Assembly (NCBI RefSeq): GCF_009914755.1
Contig: NC_060925.1
Length of the DNA stretch: 64,000 nt
Source of the DNA: the human T2T-CHM13v2.0 reference genome, Homo sapiens
Strand: one strand, 5' to 3'
In this document: in pieces, positions 39,002 to 54,646 of the stretch
Layout: each line of letters begins with the position of its first letter
How positions within the stretch are numbered: the stretch's first letter is position 1
Notes under the pieces: generated by a model
What the model saw: only the letters and a program-made list of their open reading frames with translations
What the model was told of the DNA's origin: nothing
Databases searched by the model: none
Made by a program: the position numbers and the translations under genes

Positions 39002-42000
39002 AGAAATTTTTTTTAACAGTTTATGTATTGTTTTCCAAGAGGAATATTCTTTATATCCTGCTTGGCAACTTGTTTTTCACCTCAAACAATGTTATGAACA
39101 CTACCTTAAACGATTTCTCCCTCTTTAATTGCACAGTATTCTGTGGTGTGGATATAGCATAATTTTATTTTTCCATTTCTCTTTTGAGGGTCCTATAATC
39201 ATTTTCCCTTTTTATTTCCTGCTATTACAAATATACAAATAGTATGTACTCTGAAACACAAACACATATCTGGAATTGAAATTGTTGTGGTATGGAGATC
39301 TGTTTTTGTATAGGTAGTACCAAATTTCTGTCCAGAAAGATTGCAAATATATGCCCTTTCCTATTGTGTATCTGAGTACCCTTTGTCTCATAAATTTGCC
39401 AACAGTAGATATTATGTCTTTTCAATTTTTACCACTCTAGTTCACAATAAATATCTCATTTTGTTTACATTTCCCTGATTACAAGTGAGGCTTAGCAAGT
39501 TTTAAATATTTATCGGGCTAATACATTTGATTTTTTAGGTAGCCTATATGCTGTAAAACCTCATTAAGAACTGCTCTTTCTGTCAGAGATTTAATTTGAC
39601 AATACCTATAGTCAAATTTTAAAAATCTGATTGGGTTTATTAGTCTGCCTGCATATTAGTCTAAAAGAAAGTCAGAAAAGTAGGGGAAGAGCCATGAAAA
39701 ATCATTCCTTCTTTCCCTTCAAAAGGAGTGGGTACTCCTTTTGGATTTTTATCTGTTAAGCAGTCTATATTGTTTTGGGCTCTCAGCACATTATAGATTT
39801 ACAGATCAAAATTACTAGGAAAACCAGAAATAATCCATCCTGTTTGAGGGGAGGGGATTTGTGCTTTCCCCTAGAAGTCTCTTCCTTTCTCTTAGATGTT
39901 TATTGAGTGTCTTCTCTGCCAGCACTGTAGCTGTGTAGCTGCTGGCCATTTAGGCCTGTTTCATCCCTGACTGACAGCAGCTTTACTTGGTGTGGTGGCA
40001 ATAAATCAAATCAAAATGTAGTGCCATTAGAGTAAGACATCTTAATCATGTTTCAACTGACCTAAGAAATTTAAATGTTCTGGAGGATGATCTCTAGTGA
40101 GAGCTGGAGACCTTATAGTTTGTCAGGAATGTTAAGGTATATAGGGTGTCTAAAAGCATATAGTACTTGAAACTTATTTTCGTGGTGATCTCTGGAGAAT
40201 GCTCTCTGTAATGATAATAACAACAATAGGAGTTAGCTTTTATTGAGCATTTACACCTGCCTGGGATTACTGTCAGCATTTTACATCTGTTCTGCATAGT
40301 GTGAGGAAGTACTTTCTGGCCTTTGGACTTTCGTTCTCATAAGTAGTTGTAGAAGGTCTGCGGCTACACAAAGTCTACTTCTTTAGGGACCTTGTGTCTA
40401 GGAGTGCTTGTATAGCCATTTTACCCTCTTTTGCTGCCTATTTAGTGATTAGGATTCAGACTAAAAAAATGATTTAGTGATTACCTTGGTGTGATCATTC
40501 ACACATCATGGTGATAGTGATACAGCTGCATATTTTCAGTGAATCTTTGAATTAGAAGAGATAGAGTCATCTACTGCTTCCCTTTTTCTGAAATAGAATC
40601 CCTATAATACCTTGTGAGTGCACTGGCCACTGTGGAAACAGGCTGAGTGACTGATTCACAATGGAATTAATTCCACTTTCTAGTTATTAATAATAAGGAA
40701 AATATGTATGAAACACTTTGTGAATTATCCACTTACCAGAAGCTTTTTAACTTGATGTGATCCCTTTTGTCCATTTTTGCCTTGGTTGCCTGTGCTTCTG
40801 GGGGTATTACTCAATAAATTGTTGCCCAGACCAATGTCCTCGAGAGTTTCCCCAATGTTTTCTTATTGTAGCTTCATAGGTTTTGGTCTTAGATTTAAAT
40901 CTTTAATCCATTTTGATTTGACTTTTGTATATGGTGAGAGGTGCCTAGTTTCATCCCTCTGCATATGGATATTCAATTTTCCCAGCACCATTTATTGAAG
41001 AGACTGTCCTTTCTTCAATGTATGTTCTTGGCACCTTTGTCAAAAAAGAGTTCACTATAGACATATGGATTTATTTCTGTGTCCTCTCTTCTGTTCCATT
41101 GGTCTACATGTCTTTTATTTAATGCCAACCCCATGCTGTTTTGGTTGCTATAGCTCTTTAGTATAATTTGAAGTCAGGTAATGTGATTCTTCCAGTTTTG
41201 TTCTTTTTGCTTAGGATGGCCATGGCTAGTCTGAGTCTTTTGTGATTCCATATAAATTTTAGGATTGTTTTTTCTATTTCTGTGAAGTATGTCATTGGTA
41301 TTTTAAAAGGGATTACATTAAATCTGTAGAGTGCTTTGGGTAATATGGACATTTTAACAATATTGATTCTTCCAGTGCGTGAACGTGGAATATCTTTTTA
41401 TTTTTTGGTGTCCTCTTTGATTTCTTTCATCAGTATTTTATAGTTTTCATTATAGAGGTCTTTCGCTTGTTTGGTTAAGTTAATTCATAGGTATTTAATT
41501 ATTTTTTAGATTGTTTGCTCTTGACTTACAGAAATGCTACTGATTTTTTATGTTGATTTTTGCATTCTGCATTTTACTGAATTTATCAGTTTGAATAGTT
41601 TTTTTGGTAGAGTCTTTAGTTTTTCCAAATATAAGATCGTATCATCTCCAAAGAAAGATAATTGGCTTCTTCCTTTTCAATTTGAGTGCCCTTTATACCT
41701 TTCTTTTGTGTAATTGCTCTGGCTAGGACTTTCAGTACTATGTCGAATAACTGTGGTAAAGTTGGGCTTCCTTGTTGTGTTCCACTATCTTAGAGGAAAG
41801 ACTTTCAGTTTTCACCCATTCACAGTGATACTAGCTGTGGGTCTTTTGTATATGGATTTTATTGTGTTGAGATATGTTGCTTCTGTATCCAGTTTTTTTT
41901 TGAGGGGTTTTATCATGAAGGGATTTTGAAGTTTATCAAAATTTTTTAAGCATCAATTGAAATGCTCATATGGTCTTTGTCCTTCATTCTGTTGATAATG

Positions 42001-43307
42001 TATCAGATTGATTGATTTGTGTATGTTGAATCATACTTTTATCTCGAGGATAAATCCCAATTGGTCATGATGAATGATCTTTTTAATGTGTTGCTGAGTT
42101 TGGTTTGCCTAGCATTTTGTTGAGGATTTTTGCATAATTGTTCAACAGGAATATTGGCCTATAATTTTCTTTTTTAAATGTGTTTTTGGTTTTGGCATCA
42201 GGACAATACTGGCCTTGTAGAATGAGTTTGGAAGTATTCCTTTCTCCTCCTTTTTTTGAAATAGTTCCAATGGGATTGATATTAATTCTTCTTTAAATGT
42301 TGGGTAAAGTTCAGTGATGAAGCCATCAGATCCTGGACTTTTCTTTGCTGAAGACTTTTTAATTACGACTTTGATCTCATTACTTCTTATTGGTCTATTC
42401 AGGTTTTGGATTTCTTCATGGTTCTATCTTGGTAAGTTGTCTGTGTCTGGGAATTTATCCATTTATTCTAAGTTTTACAATGTATTGACACGTAGCTGCT
42501 CATAGAAGTCTCTAATAATTCTTCAAATATCTGCAGTATTGGTTGTAATGTCTTCTTTTTATCTCTGATTTCATTTATTTGGGGCTTCTCTTTTTTTTTC
42601 TTAGTCTGTATAAAGTTCTATCAATTTTGTTTATCTTTTAAAAAATAACTTGTCATTTTGTTGATCTTTTGCATTTTTTTCATTTATTTCTGGTGTGATA
42701 TTTATTATTTCTTTTTTTTCTCCTAATTTTAGGTTTGATTTGTTCTTGCTTTTCTAGTTCTTTAAGTTGCATCGTTAGGTTGTTTGATGTTTTTTCTACT
42801 TTTTTGATGTAGGTGCTTATAGCTATAAACTTTCCTTTTAGTACTGCATTTGCTGTATCCCATAGGTTTTAGTATGTTCTGTTTTCATTTTCATTTGTTT
42901 CAATAAATTTTAAAATTTCCTTCTTAATTTCTTCATTGACTCACTGGTCATTCAGGAGGAAGTTGTCTAATTTCCATGTGTTTGTATAGTTCCCAAAGTT
43001 CCTCTTGATTTTTAGTTTTATTTAGTTGTGGGCAGAGAAGACACTTGATATAATTTCAGTTTTTAAAATAAATTTAATACTTTTTTTTGGCCTAACTGAT
43101 GACCTATCCTTGTGAATGATCCATGAGCTGAGGAGAAGAATGTATATTCTGTAGCCACTGGATCAAATGTTCTACAAATGTCTGTTAGGTCTATTTGGAC
43201 TGTGGTGCAGATTAAGTTCCATGTTTCTTTATTTACTTTCTGTGTGGATGATCTGTTCATTGCTGAAAGTGGAGTGTTGAAGTCTCTAGCTATTGCATTG
43301 GGGCTGA

Positions 43308-43745
<438 letters not shown>

Positions 43746-44231
43746 AGTTTTTCTCTTGAAATCTGTTTTGTCTAATTATAGCTCCTCCTGTTCTTTGTGG
43801 CTTCCATTTGCATGGGATATCTTTTCTATCCCTTTATTTTCAGTCTGTTTTGTGTTTTTACAGGTGATGTTTATTTCTTGTAGGCAACAGATCATTGGGT
43901 CTTATTTTTTAAATCCATTTAGCCACTCTATGTGTTTTTATTGGAGAGTTTAGTCCATTTACATTCTGTATTATTATTGTTAAATGAGGACTTATTCCTG
44001 ACATTTTGTTATTTGTTTTCTTGTTGTTTTGTAGTATTCTCTTTCTTCCTATCTTCCTTTCTGTGAAGGTTATTTTTTTTGGTGGTGTGCTTTGAGTTTT
44101 TGCTTTTTATTTTTTGTGATCTTTTGTATGTTTTTTGACTTGAGTTACCCTGAAGCTTGTAAATAATATCTTATAACCCACTATTTTAAACTGATGACAG
44201 CTTAACACTGATTGCAACAACAAACATACTA

Positions 44232-44311
44232 TTAGGTTGGTGCAAAAGTAATCGCAGTTTTTGCCATTACTTTCAATAGCAAAAACTGTGATTACTTTTG
44301 CACCAACCTAG
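44232..44311. mobile_element. MADE1 (Hsmar1 mariner MITE)
   Basis: 80-bp palindrome ttaggttggtgcaaaagtaat...attacttttgcaccaaccta with TA target duplication. Confidence 0.93.
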
Positions 44312-44399
44312 TAACAAACAAGCAAAAAGAAAACTAATAAAAAATCCACACTTTACCTTCATTTGCCCCACTTCTAAACTTTTTGTTGTTTCTATTTAT

Positions 44400-47066
44400 T
44401 TTTTATTTATTTATTTATTTTTTTTAATTTATTTTTTTATTGATAATTCTTGGGTGTTTCTCACAGAGGGGGATTTGGCAGGGTCATGGGACAATAGTGG
44501 AGGGAAGGTCAGCAGATAAACAAGTGAACAAAGGTCTCTGGTTTTCCTAGGCAGAGGACCCTGCGGCCTTCCGCAGTGTTTGTGTCCCTGATTACTTGAG
44601 ATTAGGGATTGGTGATGACTCTTAACGAGCATGCTGCCTTCAAGCATCTGTTTAACAAAGCACATCTTGCACCGCCCTTAATCCATTTAACCCTGAGTGG
44701 ACACAGCACATGTTTCAGAGAGCACAGGGTTGGGGGTAAGGTCACAGATCAACAGGATCCCAAGACAGAGGAATTTTTCTTAGTGCAGAACAAAATGAAA
44801 AGTCTCCCATGTCTACCTCTTTCTACACAGACACGGCAACCATCCGATTTCCCAATCCTTTCCCCGCCTTTCCCGCCTTTCTATTCCACAAAGCCGCCAT
44901 TGTCATCCTGGCCCGTTCTCAATGAGCTGTTGGGCACACCTCCCAGACGGGGTGGTGGCCGGGCAGAGGCGCCCCTCACCTCCCGGACAGGGCGGCTGGC
45001 CGGGCGGGGGGGGGGGGGGCTGACCCCCCCCACCTCCCTCCAAGACGGGGCGGCTGGCCGGGCGGGGGGCTGACACCCCCACCTCCCGGACGGGGCGGCT
45101 GGCCGGGCAGAGGGGCTCCTCACTTCCCAGTAGGGGCGGCCGGGCAGAGGCGCCCCTCACCTCCCGGACGGGGCGGCTGGCCGGGCGGGGGGGCTGACCC
45201 CTCCCACCTCCCTCCCGGACGGGGCGGCTGGCCGGGCAGAGGGGCTCCTCACTTCCCAGTAGGGGCGGCCGGGCAGAGGCGCCCCTCACCTCCCGGATGG
45301 GGCCACTGGCCGGGCAGGGGGGCTGACCCCCCCACCTCCCTCCCGGACGGGGCGGCTGGCCGGGTGGGGGGCTGACCCCCCCACCTCCCTCCCGGACGAG
45401 GCGGCTGGCCGGGCGTGGGGCTGACCCCCCCACCTCCCTCCCAGACAGGGCGGCTGGCCGGGCAGAGGGGCTCCTCACTTCCCAGTAGGGGCGGCCGGGC
45501 AGAGGCGCCCCTCACCTCCCGGACGGGGCCACTGGCCGGGCAGGGGGGCTGACCCCCCCCACCTCCCTCCCGGATGGGGCGGCTGGCCGGGTGGGGGGCT
45601 GACCCCCCCACCTCCCTCCCGGACGAGGCGGCTGGCCGGGCGTGGGGCTGACACCCCCACCTCCCTCCCGGACAGGGCGGCTGGCCGGGCGGGGGGCTGA
45701 CCCCCCCACCTCCCTCCCAGACGGGGCGGCTGGCCGGGCAGAGGGGCTCCTCACTTCCCAGTAGGGGCGGCCGGGCAGAGGCGCCCCTCACCTCCCAGAC
45801 GGGGCGGCTGGCCGGGCGGGGCGCTGACCCCCCCACCTCCCTCCTGGATGGGGCGGCTGGCCAGGTGGGGGGCTGACCCCCCCCCACCTCCCTCCCGGAC
45901 GGGGCGGCTGGCCGGGTGGGGGGGCTGACCCCCCCATCTCCCTCCCGGACGGGGTGGCTGGCCGGGCTGAGGGGCTCCTCACTTCCCAGTAGGGGCGGCC
46001 GGGCAGAGGCGCCCCTCACCTCCCGGACGGGGCGGCTGGCTGGGCGGGGGGCTGACCCCCCCACCTCCCTCCCGGACGGCACGGCTGGCCGGGTGGGGGG
46101 GCTGACCCCCCACCTCCCTCCCGGATGGGGCGGCTGGCCGGGCGGGGGGCTGACCCCCCCCCCACCTCCCTCCCGGACGGGGTGGCTGCCGGGCGGAGAC
46201 GCTCCTCACTTCCCAGATGGGGTGGCTGCCGGGCGGAGAGGCTCCTCACTTCTCAGACGGGGCAGCTGCCGGGCGGAGGGGCTCCTCACTTCTCAGACGG
46301 GGTGGTTGCCAGGCAGAGGGTCTCCTCACTTCTCAGACGGGGCGGCCGGGCAGAGACGCTCCTCACCTCCCAGACGGGGTCTCGGCCAGGCAGAGGCGCT
46401 CCTCACATCCCAGATGGGGCGGCGGGGCAGAGGCGCTCCCCACATCTCAGACGATGGGCTGCCGGGCAGAGACGCTCCTCACTTCCTAGATGTGATGGCG
46501 GCTGGGAAGAGGCGCTCCTCACTTCCTAGATGGGATGGCGGCCGGGCAGAGACGCTCCTCACTTTCCAGACTGGGCAGCCAGGCAGAGGGGCTCCTCACA
46601 TCCCAGACGATGGGCGGCCAGGCAGAGACACTCCTCACTTCCCAGACGGGGTGGCGGCCGGGCAGAGGCTGCAATCTCGGCACTTTGGGAGGCCAAGGCA
46701 GGCGGCTGGGAGGTGTAGGTTGTAGTGAGCCGAGATCACGCCACTGCACTCCAGCCTGGGCACCATTGAGCACTGAGTGAACGAGACTCCGTCTGCAATC
46801 CCGGCACCTCGGGAGGCCGAGGTTGGCGGATCACTCGCGGTTAGGGGCTGGAGACCGGCCCGGCCAACACAGCGAAACCCCGTCTCCACCAAAACCAGTC
46901 AGGCGTGGCGGCGCGTGCCTGCAATCGCAGGCATTCGGCAGACTGAGGCAGGAGAATCAGGCAGGGAGGTTGCAGTGAGCCGAGATGGCAGCAGTACAGT
47001 CCAGCTTCGGCTCCGCATGAGAGGGAGACCGTGGGGGGAGGGGGAGGGGGAGGGGGAGGGGGAGGG
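44400..47066 (-). mobile_element. Full-length SVA retrotransposon (young SVA_E/F type)
   Basis: T-rich tail about 44400-44440, SINE-R about 44441-44940, GC-rich VNTR about 44940-46660, Alu-like domain about 46660-47030, hexamer head 47033-47067. 15-bp TSD gttgtttctatttat (44385-44399 and 47067-47081). Confidence 0.97.
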
Positions 47067-47670
47067 GTTGTTTCTATTTATATCTTATTATCTTGTCTAA
47101 CTCTTGAAAAGTTGTAGTTATTTTTAACAGGTTCATCTTTCTACCCAAAATGTGAGTAGTTTACTAGTTTACAAAGCACAATTATAGTGTTATCATTTTC
47201 TGTGTTTGTGTACTTACTATTACTAGTGAGTTTTGTATCCTCAGATAATTTCTTATTGTTCATTAATGTCCTTTTCCTTCAGATTGAAGAACTCCCTTTA
47301 GCATTTCTTGTCGGACAGGTCTGGTGTTGATAAAATCTCTCTGTTTTTGTTGATCTGTGCAAGACTTTATTTCTGCTTCATGTTGGAAGGCTATTTTCAC
47401 TGAATATACTATCCTAAGATTTTTTTTTTCCTCCAGCACTTTAAAATGTCATGGCACTCTCTCCTGTCCTGTAAGGTTTCCACTGAGAAGTCTGCTTGCC
47501 AGACATATTGCAGCTCCATTGTATGTTGTTTCTTTATTCCTGCTGCATTTAGGATCCTTTCTTTATTCTTGACCTTTGGGTGTTAGATTGACCTCTGGGT
47601 GTTATACAACCTTGACCTTTGGGTGTTTTGACCTTTGGGTGTTAGACAACCTTAAGGTTGTCTTCTTTGA

Positions 47671-48071
<401 letters not shown>

Positions 48072-50506
48072 GGGAAGTACTCTGTTATTATCCCTTTGAA
48101 TACACATTCTGCAACTGATCTCTCTCTCTCTCTGCCTCCTCTTTAAGGATAATTACTCTTAAATTTGCCCTTTTGAAGCTATTTTCTAGACCTTGTAGTT
48201 ATGGTGCATTCTTTTTTATTCTTTTTTTCTTTTATCTCTTCTAATTGTGTGTTTTCAAATAGGCTGTCTTCAAGGTGACTAATTCTTTCTTCTGCTTGAT
48301 CAATTCTGGTGTTGAAAGACTATGATTCATTCTTCAGTATGTCAGTTGAATTTTTCAGCTCCAGAATTTTTGCTTGATTTTAAAAAAATAATTTCAGTCT
48401 CTTTGTTAAATTTATATGATATGATTCTGAATTCTTTCTCTTTGTTATCTTGAATTTCTTTGAACTTTCTCAGAGCAGCTATTTCGAATTCTCTATTTGA
48501 AAGGTCACATATCTCTGTTACTTTTGGATTGATTGCTAGTGCTTCATTTAGTTCATTTGGGAGTTGATGATTTCCTGGATGATCTTAATTCTTGTGGATG
48601 TTTGTTGGGTGTCTGAACATTGAAGAGTTAGGTATTTATTGTAGTCTTCAAGTTTGGATTTATTTGTACCAGTTCTTCCTGGGAAGGCTTTCCATGTATT
48701 CAATGGGAATTGAGTGTTGTGAGTTAAGTCTTTGGTCACTGCAGGTATATCTGCGTTAGAGGGCACCCCAAGCCATGTAATGATCCTTGTGGAATTTTAG
48801 AGGTACCTCTTTGGTGGTCTTCAGTAAGATCCAGGAAAATTCTTTGTATTAGCAGGCAGAGACTCTTGTTCTCTTCCTTTACTCTTCTCCAAAGAGATTC
48901 TCTCTCTGTGTGCTGAGCTACCTGGTGTTTGGGGAGGGGTGACACAACCATTTCTGTGGCCACCACCTTTGGGACTGTTCTTTATCAGACCTGAAGCCAG
49001 CATAGCACAGGATCTCATCCATGGCCTGTGGCTCTATTGCCTGGCTACTGCTGATGTTTATTTTAGGCCCAAGTGCTCTTCATTCAGCAGGTGATGAATC
49101 CTACCAAGAGTGGATTCCCTTTTCCCTTTTGACCTAGAGTGTGTCGTGAAATGTTATCTGAGAGCGAGGGCCTGGAATGGGGGCTTCAGGACTCTGCTTG
49201 GTGCTTTATTTTACTATTGCTCAGCTGGTATTTAAGTTCCAGGACAAAGTCCTCTTTACTCTCCCCTCTTATTTCCTCAAATTGGAAGGAGTATCCACCA
49301 AAGCTGCAAGCTGTGCTGCCTAGAATTACAGGAATGGTGACATAAGCACTCCCTTGGCTGCCCTACCTAGTGTCTATCTAGATCACTTGCACCTCATGTC
49401 TCCTTGCTCCAAGCCCAGCATAGCACCAGGACTTCCCCAGGGATTACAGTCCTTGTGGCCTAGACTGCTTTTCAAGTTTATTTAGGACCCCTAATAAAGT
49501 TTCAAGTTTATAAGGACCCAGAGTGCTTTAGCCCGTGGTGGTGGGTCTACCTGGAACTCACTGACTGCTGGGATTTCCTCTTGCTAGGGCTGGTCTAAAT
49601 GCTCCCTCCTTTGGCATGGGCTGAATTTTGTCCTGTGTTACTTTCTGCTGTAATAGGGCAGCAGTGAGTTCCAATGCAAAGTTTCACAGTCACTGTGCTC
49701 TGTCTTCCCCAAGTACATGGATTCTGTCTCTGCAACACACAGGCACTATCCAGGGATGAGGGAGTGATGGTGTAGGCAGTTCAAGACCATCTTTTTTCCT
49801 CACTGCAGTGCCTCTTTCTTTGATAGCTACTCTTTCTTTACCATGTCTGGTATTCGAATTTGCTCAGTAACTCATTTTGGTTCTTTTCAGCAGTACAAAT
49901 AGACTTTAGGAGGGGATTATACAAAAATCTGAATGGAGATATGAATGTGGTCTCACTGTTACTTCCTTGACTATCTGATTTCATGTTGTTGTTTTGGCTA
50001 GTATTGTGGGCATTTCTCTTTTATTATTGCTTTGTATTCTTCCTTTTAGAATTCCATGCTTGGTTGAAGACAGTGATCTGCCCAGTTAGAGATGGGCTCT
50101 AACATCTAACATCTAACAGATGTTAACAAGCTTCTTTTTCATCCATTAGTTACGTTTGAGCTATCTTGATGGGTTCTTTCTTCTCTTCCACCACTTTGCT
50201 TCTTTTTTTTTTAAATTCAATTTAATTTTTATTAATTTTATTAATTAATTAATTTTTACCTTGCAGCTCCAGCTCAAAGGAAGCTTTGCTTCTAGTCACC
50301 TCCAACACTTGCTTAATTTTTTTATTCTAATTGATTGGCTGCCTTATAAGAAGCTGTTCTTTGAATAATATGTTTAAAACTAATTCTTTCTGTAGCTATT
50401 TATGTATGTTCTTTCCTATCATCTGCAAAGTGCTTCTCTCCTTTGCCACTTCACAATTTACTTTAAAAAAAGAGTCATAGATAATAAATTCAAATAGATA
50501 TTCCTA

Positions 50507-51599
<1,093 letters not shown>

Positions 51600-53814
51600 A
51601 AGAAAGCATTTTCCTTAATATTGTTAGCTGTTCTTCAGATAAGATGTTTGACTGCCCTAGGTCTCGAGTATTTTTGACGGGTTTCAATGATTAATGATAC
51701 GTTTTTATTAATCACTTATGCTTAGCAACTGCAGGGATTTTTTAATTAAAAACTTGTTATTAGATTCAGAATGACAGTGATGATGCTTAAGTTGGGAAAG
51801 AAATCATTTGAGTTGTGGTCTTTTCTACCTTGAATCTTCTCTCTGTAATAAATCACCCTGCTTTTGACAGTGGGAAATGTTATAATATTTAAGAAATTAA
51901 AGATGATTTGTGTTAGCTTTAATGGTTTACATTTGTATGTCAGCTTTTCTGTAGAACAAGTATAGTATTCTGATTCTGTCATTTGAGAAACGAGAGATTA
52001 TATTGCATTTAAGGTCATACACATGTGGTTTTGGTCTTTCACAGTTCAGGATGACCTAATTTACATGGAGGTAATGAAAATAGATCACTTTTATATTATT
52101 CTAGTTAGACAAGTATCATTATTACCTTTTCAGATCTGTGCTTCTTCCTACAGGTTTGCATGATTAATAAGGTTTTGGGTTTTTTTCCCCTGGTGTGGTT
52201 AGAGGAAAGTTTATAGAACCTATTGTTGCCTATATTATTTTAAGCAAGGATTTGTTTACTAAAAACAGTAAAATTAAGAGAAAAATCTCTGAATACCTTC
52301 AATCACAACATTTTATTTGTGTTCTACTTGGTAGCTTTTAAAGTAATTCTCTGGTTAAAAAAAGAAAAAAAATGAGATTTTGTGTGTTTTCGCCCCAATT
52401 TTGTGATTTATTTTTAACTTTATTTGAAAACAAAAAAGAATTGTGTGTATAGATATTTCTTTTATAATGTCAATTAATACTGATTCTGAAAATTTCCTTT
52501 TATTATTAGGATGAAAAGCATTGCTAATAGAAACACAATTTTTTTTTTCAAAGCAGAGAGTGACCAAAGTTGAGAGAAACAGCCCTGAAATTATTTTGAT
52601 TGAAGTATCATACATATTTATTTTGTTTGATCTAAAAATTTACATCTATTGTATCCTATTTTGGTGTTGCACAATTAGCTACTGATCTCTGCATGTTAAA
52701 AATCAGTGGATAATAAGAGATAAAACAAACTGGGAATGTGTTTTTAGTTACCTTTGAAGTGATAGGCATAAAACAGAAGACTCAATAACAATAATAGTAA
52801 TTCAAAGAATGACAGCTAACACTTGGTACTACTGTGTGTCAGTTACTATGTTTAGTACTTCATATATATTTTCATTTAATTTTTACAACACTATGTAATT
52901 GAGAGTATTATTTCCATTGAGCACATGTTTAGATTGAAGAAAGTGGTAGTCCTACTGTATGGGTCTGATGACATCTTGTATACTCTGTGTAGTACTGGTT
53001 TTTGAAGGATAACAGTAAACTGCAGTAGATGAGGAAAATGTTCATGAAAGGGAGTTGAAGTTAGGCATATTAAAGGAGACTTCACCAAATTCTGCTCCCT
53101 AAGTTAAGCGTAGTCTCTCAGAGATCTCTTCTAATGTTAAAATTTATAGAGGAAGTTGGGACTGCTAGTTAAGAATGTTTTAACTTCCATTCTTAACATC
53201 TTCATACTTTCCCAAAGTCTCAGTCAAAAGATAAAGTGTCCTCTTGATCAGTCACATCCCCAAATCTGGGCACTTTCATATTCTTAAGGAATGTACACAA
53301 TTCTTTGTCTTTGTCTCTCTATTGTTTTTCCTCACCCTAAGCGTGTGAACATATTCCAAAAATAAAGCACTAATAAAAAAATTCTTTTATTTATTTCACA
53401 TTCGAGTGTCATGTACTAGAAGCTACTATATAAAGACAAATAAGATATAGTCCCAGCACTCAAAGAGCCTGGCTTCTAGGAAAGAGAAAAGACATGTAAA
53501 CATGAATGTTGTAGATATTAAACACACGAGTAAATAAAACCAAACATGTTTTCATTAAAGTTTTATATGTATTATAGTAGAAGTCTACATAGGAGCAAAA
53601 AGGAAGGACTGGCCAGTTTTCCAGGAAATGGAGGTTGATAAAGGGAGCATAAGGCTTGAATTGACTCTGCAATTCTCTTTAGCTATATTAACCTGTCTCT
53701 CATCTTTCTATATTTCCTGAGTTGGGTAAAGAAAAGTATACATTTAATGTCTCCACTTTCCTCTCATGTATTCCTCAAACCTGTGCCAGTAGGCATTCAA
53801 GTTTGTTAAATGAT

Positions 53815-54050
53815 AATGGCTTATGATAGCTAACATTTATAGAGCTCTTGCCCTTTGCCAGGCACCCTAATAACATGTTTCACATATAGTAACTTGCTTA
53901 TTTCTTACAGCCACTCTCTAAGATAAGTACTGTTATCGTCCCCATGTTAGATACAGACAACTGAAGCACAGAGAGGTTAAATACCTTGACCAGTATCACA
54001 ACTAATAACTGTTGGAACTGGGCTTCAAATCTAGGCCGTTTGGCTTTGGG
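53815..54050 (+). mobile_element. MIR SINE
   Basis: aactgaagcacagagaggttaaataccttgaccagtatcaca core. Confidence 0.75.
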
Positions 54051-54070
54051 ACCTATGCATTATGAGTGAC

Positions 54071-54646
54071 TGGCGAACAAAATTCTCTAAAAAGGAATTC
54101 GAGGAAAAGAGACTTTTTTTTTTTTCCAGTGAACAGTTTGCAAACCAGGGAAACATAGCCTTCGGTGTAAAATGAAGAATGCATTTCAGAGAACAAAGAG
54201 AAGGTTTGGATTTTATAGAAAAATATGCTTCCCAAATTCCCAATCAGGTCCATTTATGCAAATGAAAGATTTAAATTCATGTAGTTCCAAATAGTTGGCA
54301 CAGTGGAGTTCTGAGTCGTTGCTACAACTGAGCCCTCATTGGCTGTGGCAGGTGAGTCCTGATTGGTTGATTTCCAAGCTCTAAACCAGAGATCTCTGTC
54401 AGATGTTTCTTTCAAATGGCTGGCGGGTGGTGTAGGGTTTTTGGTTTATTTATCTTGGCACAGACATCAGGAACTGGTTTGGCTTGATTGTAGAAAGGGA
54501 GGGCCTGTGACACTTTCACATCTTTCTGAGAACACAGAGTACGTGACTGCTTCTTCACCCAGGATGGCCTCCTGGTTCTGTTTTACTTTGAGCATCTCAG
54601 CCACAGGGAGTCCATTTTGTCTGTTGGATAGGGGTATACTTTAACA
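54071..54646 (-). mobile_element. ERV1-class solo LTR (family uncertain)
   Basis: The reverse strand begins TGTTAAAGTATACCCC...AAAATGGACTCCC and ends in CA; about 575 bp. Confidence 0.55.

Noticed and set aside
44940-46660. Regularly spaced repeats and CpG-island-like composition (CRISPR-like array or promoter?)
   Set aside because: This is the SVA VNTR. It has no unique spacers and no cas genes, and the context is eukaryotic.
44609-47100. Cluster of long GC-rich ORFs on both strands (up to 277 aa)
   Set aside because: All lie in the SVA VNTR, Alu-like or SINE-R domains. These are stop-poor tandem repeats, not genes.
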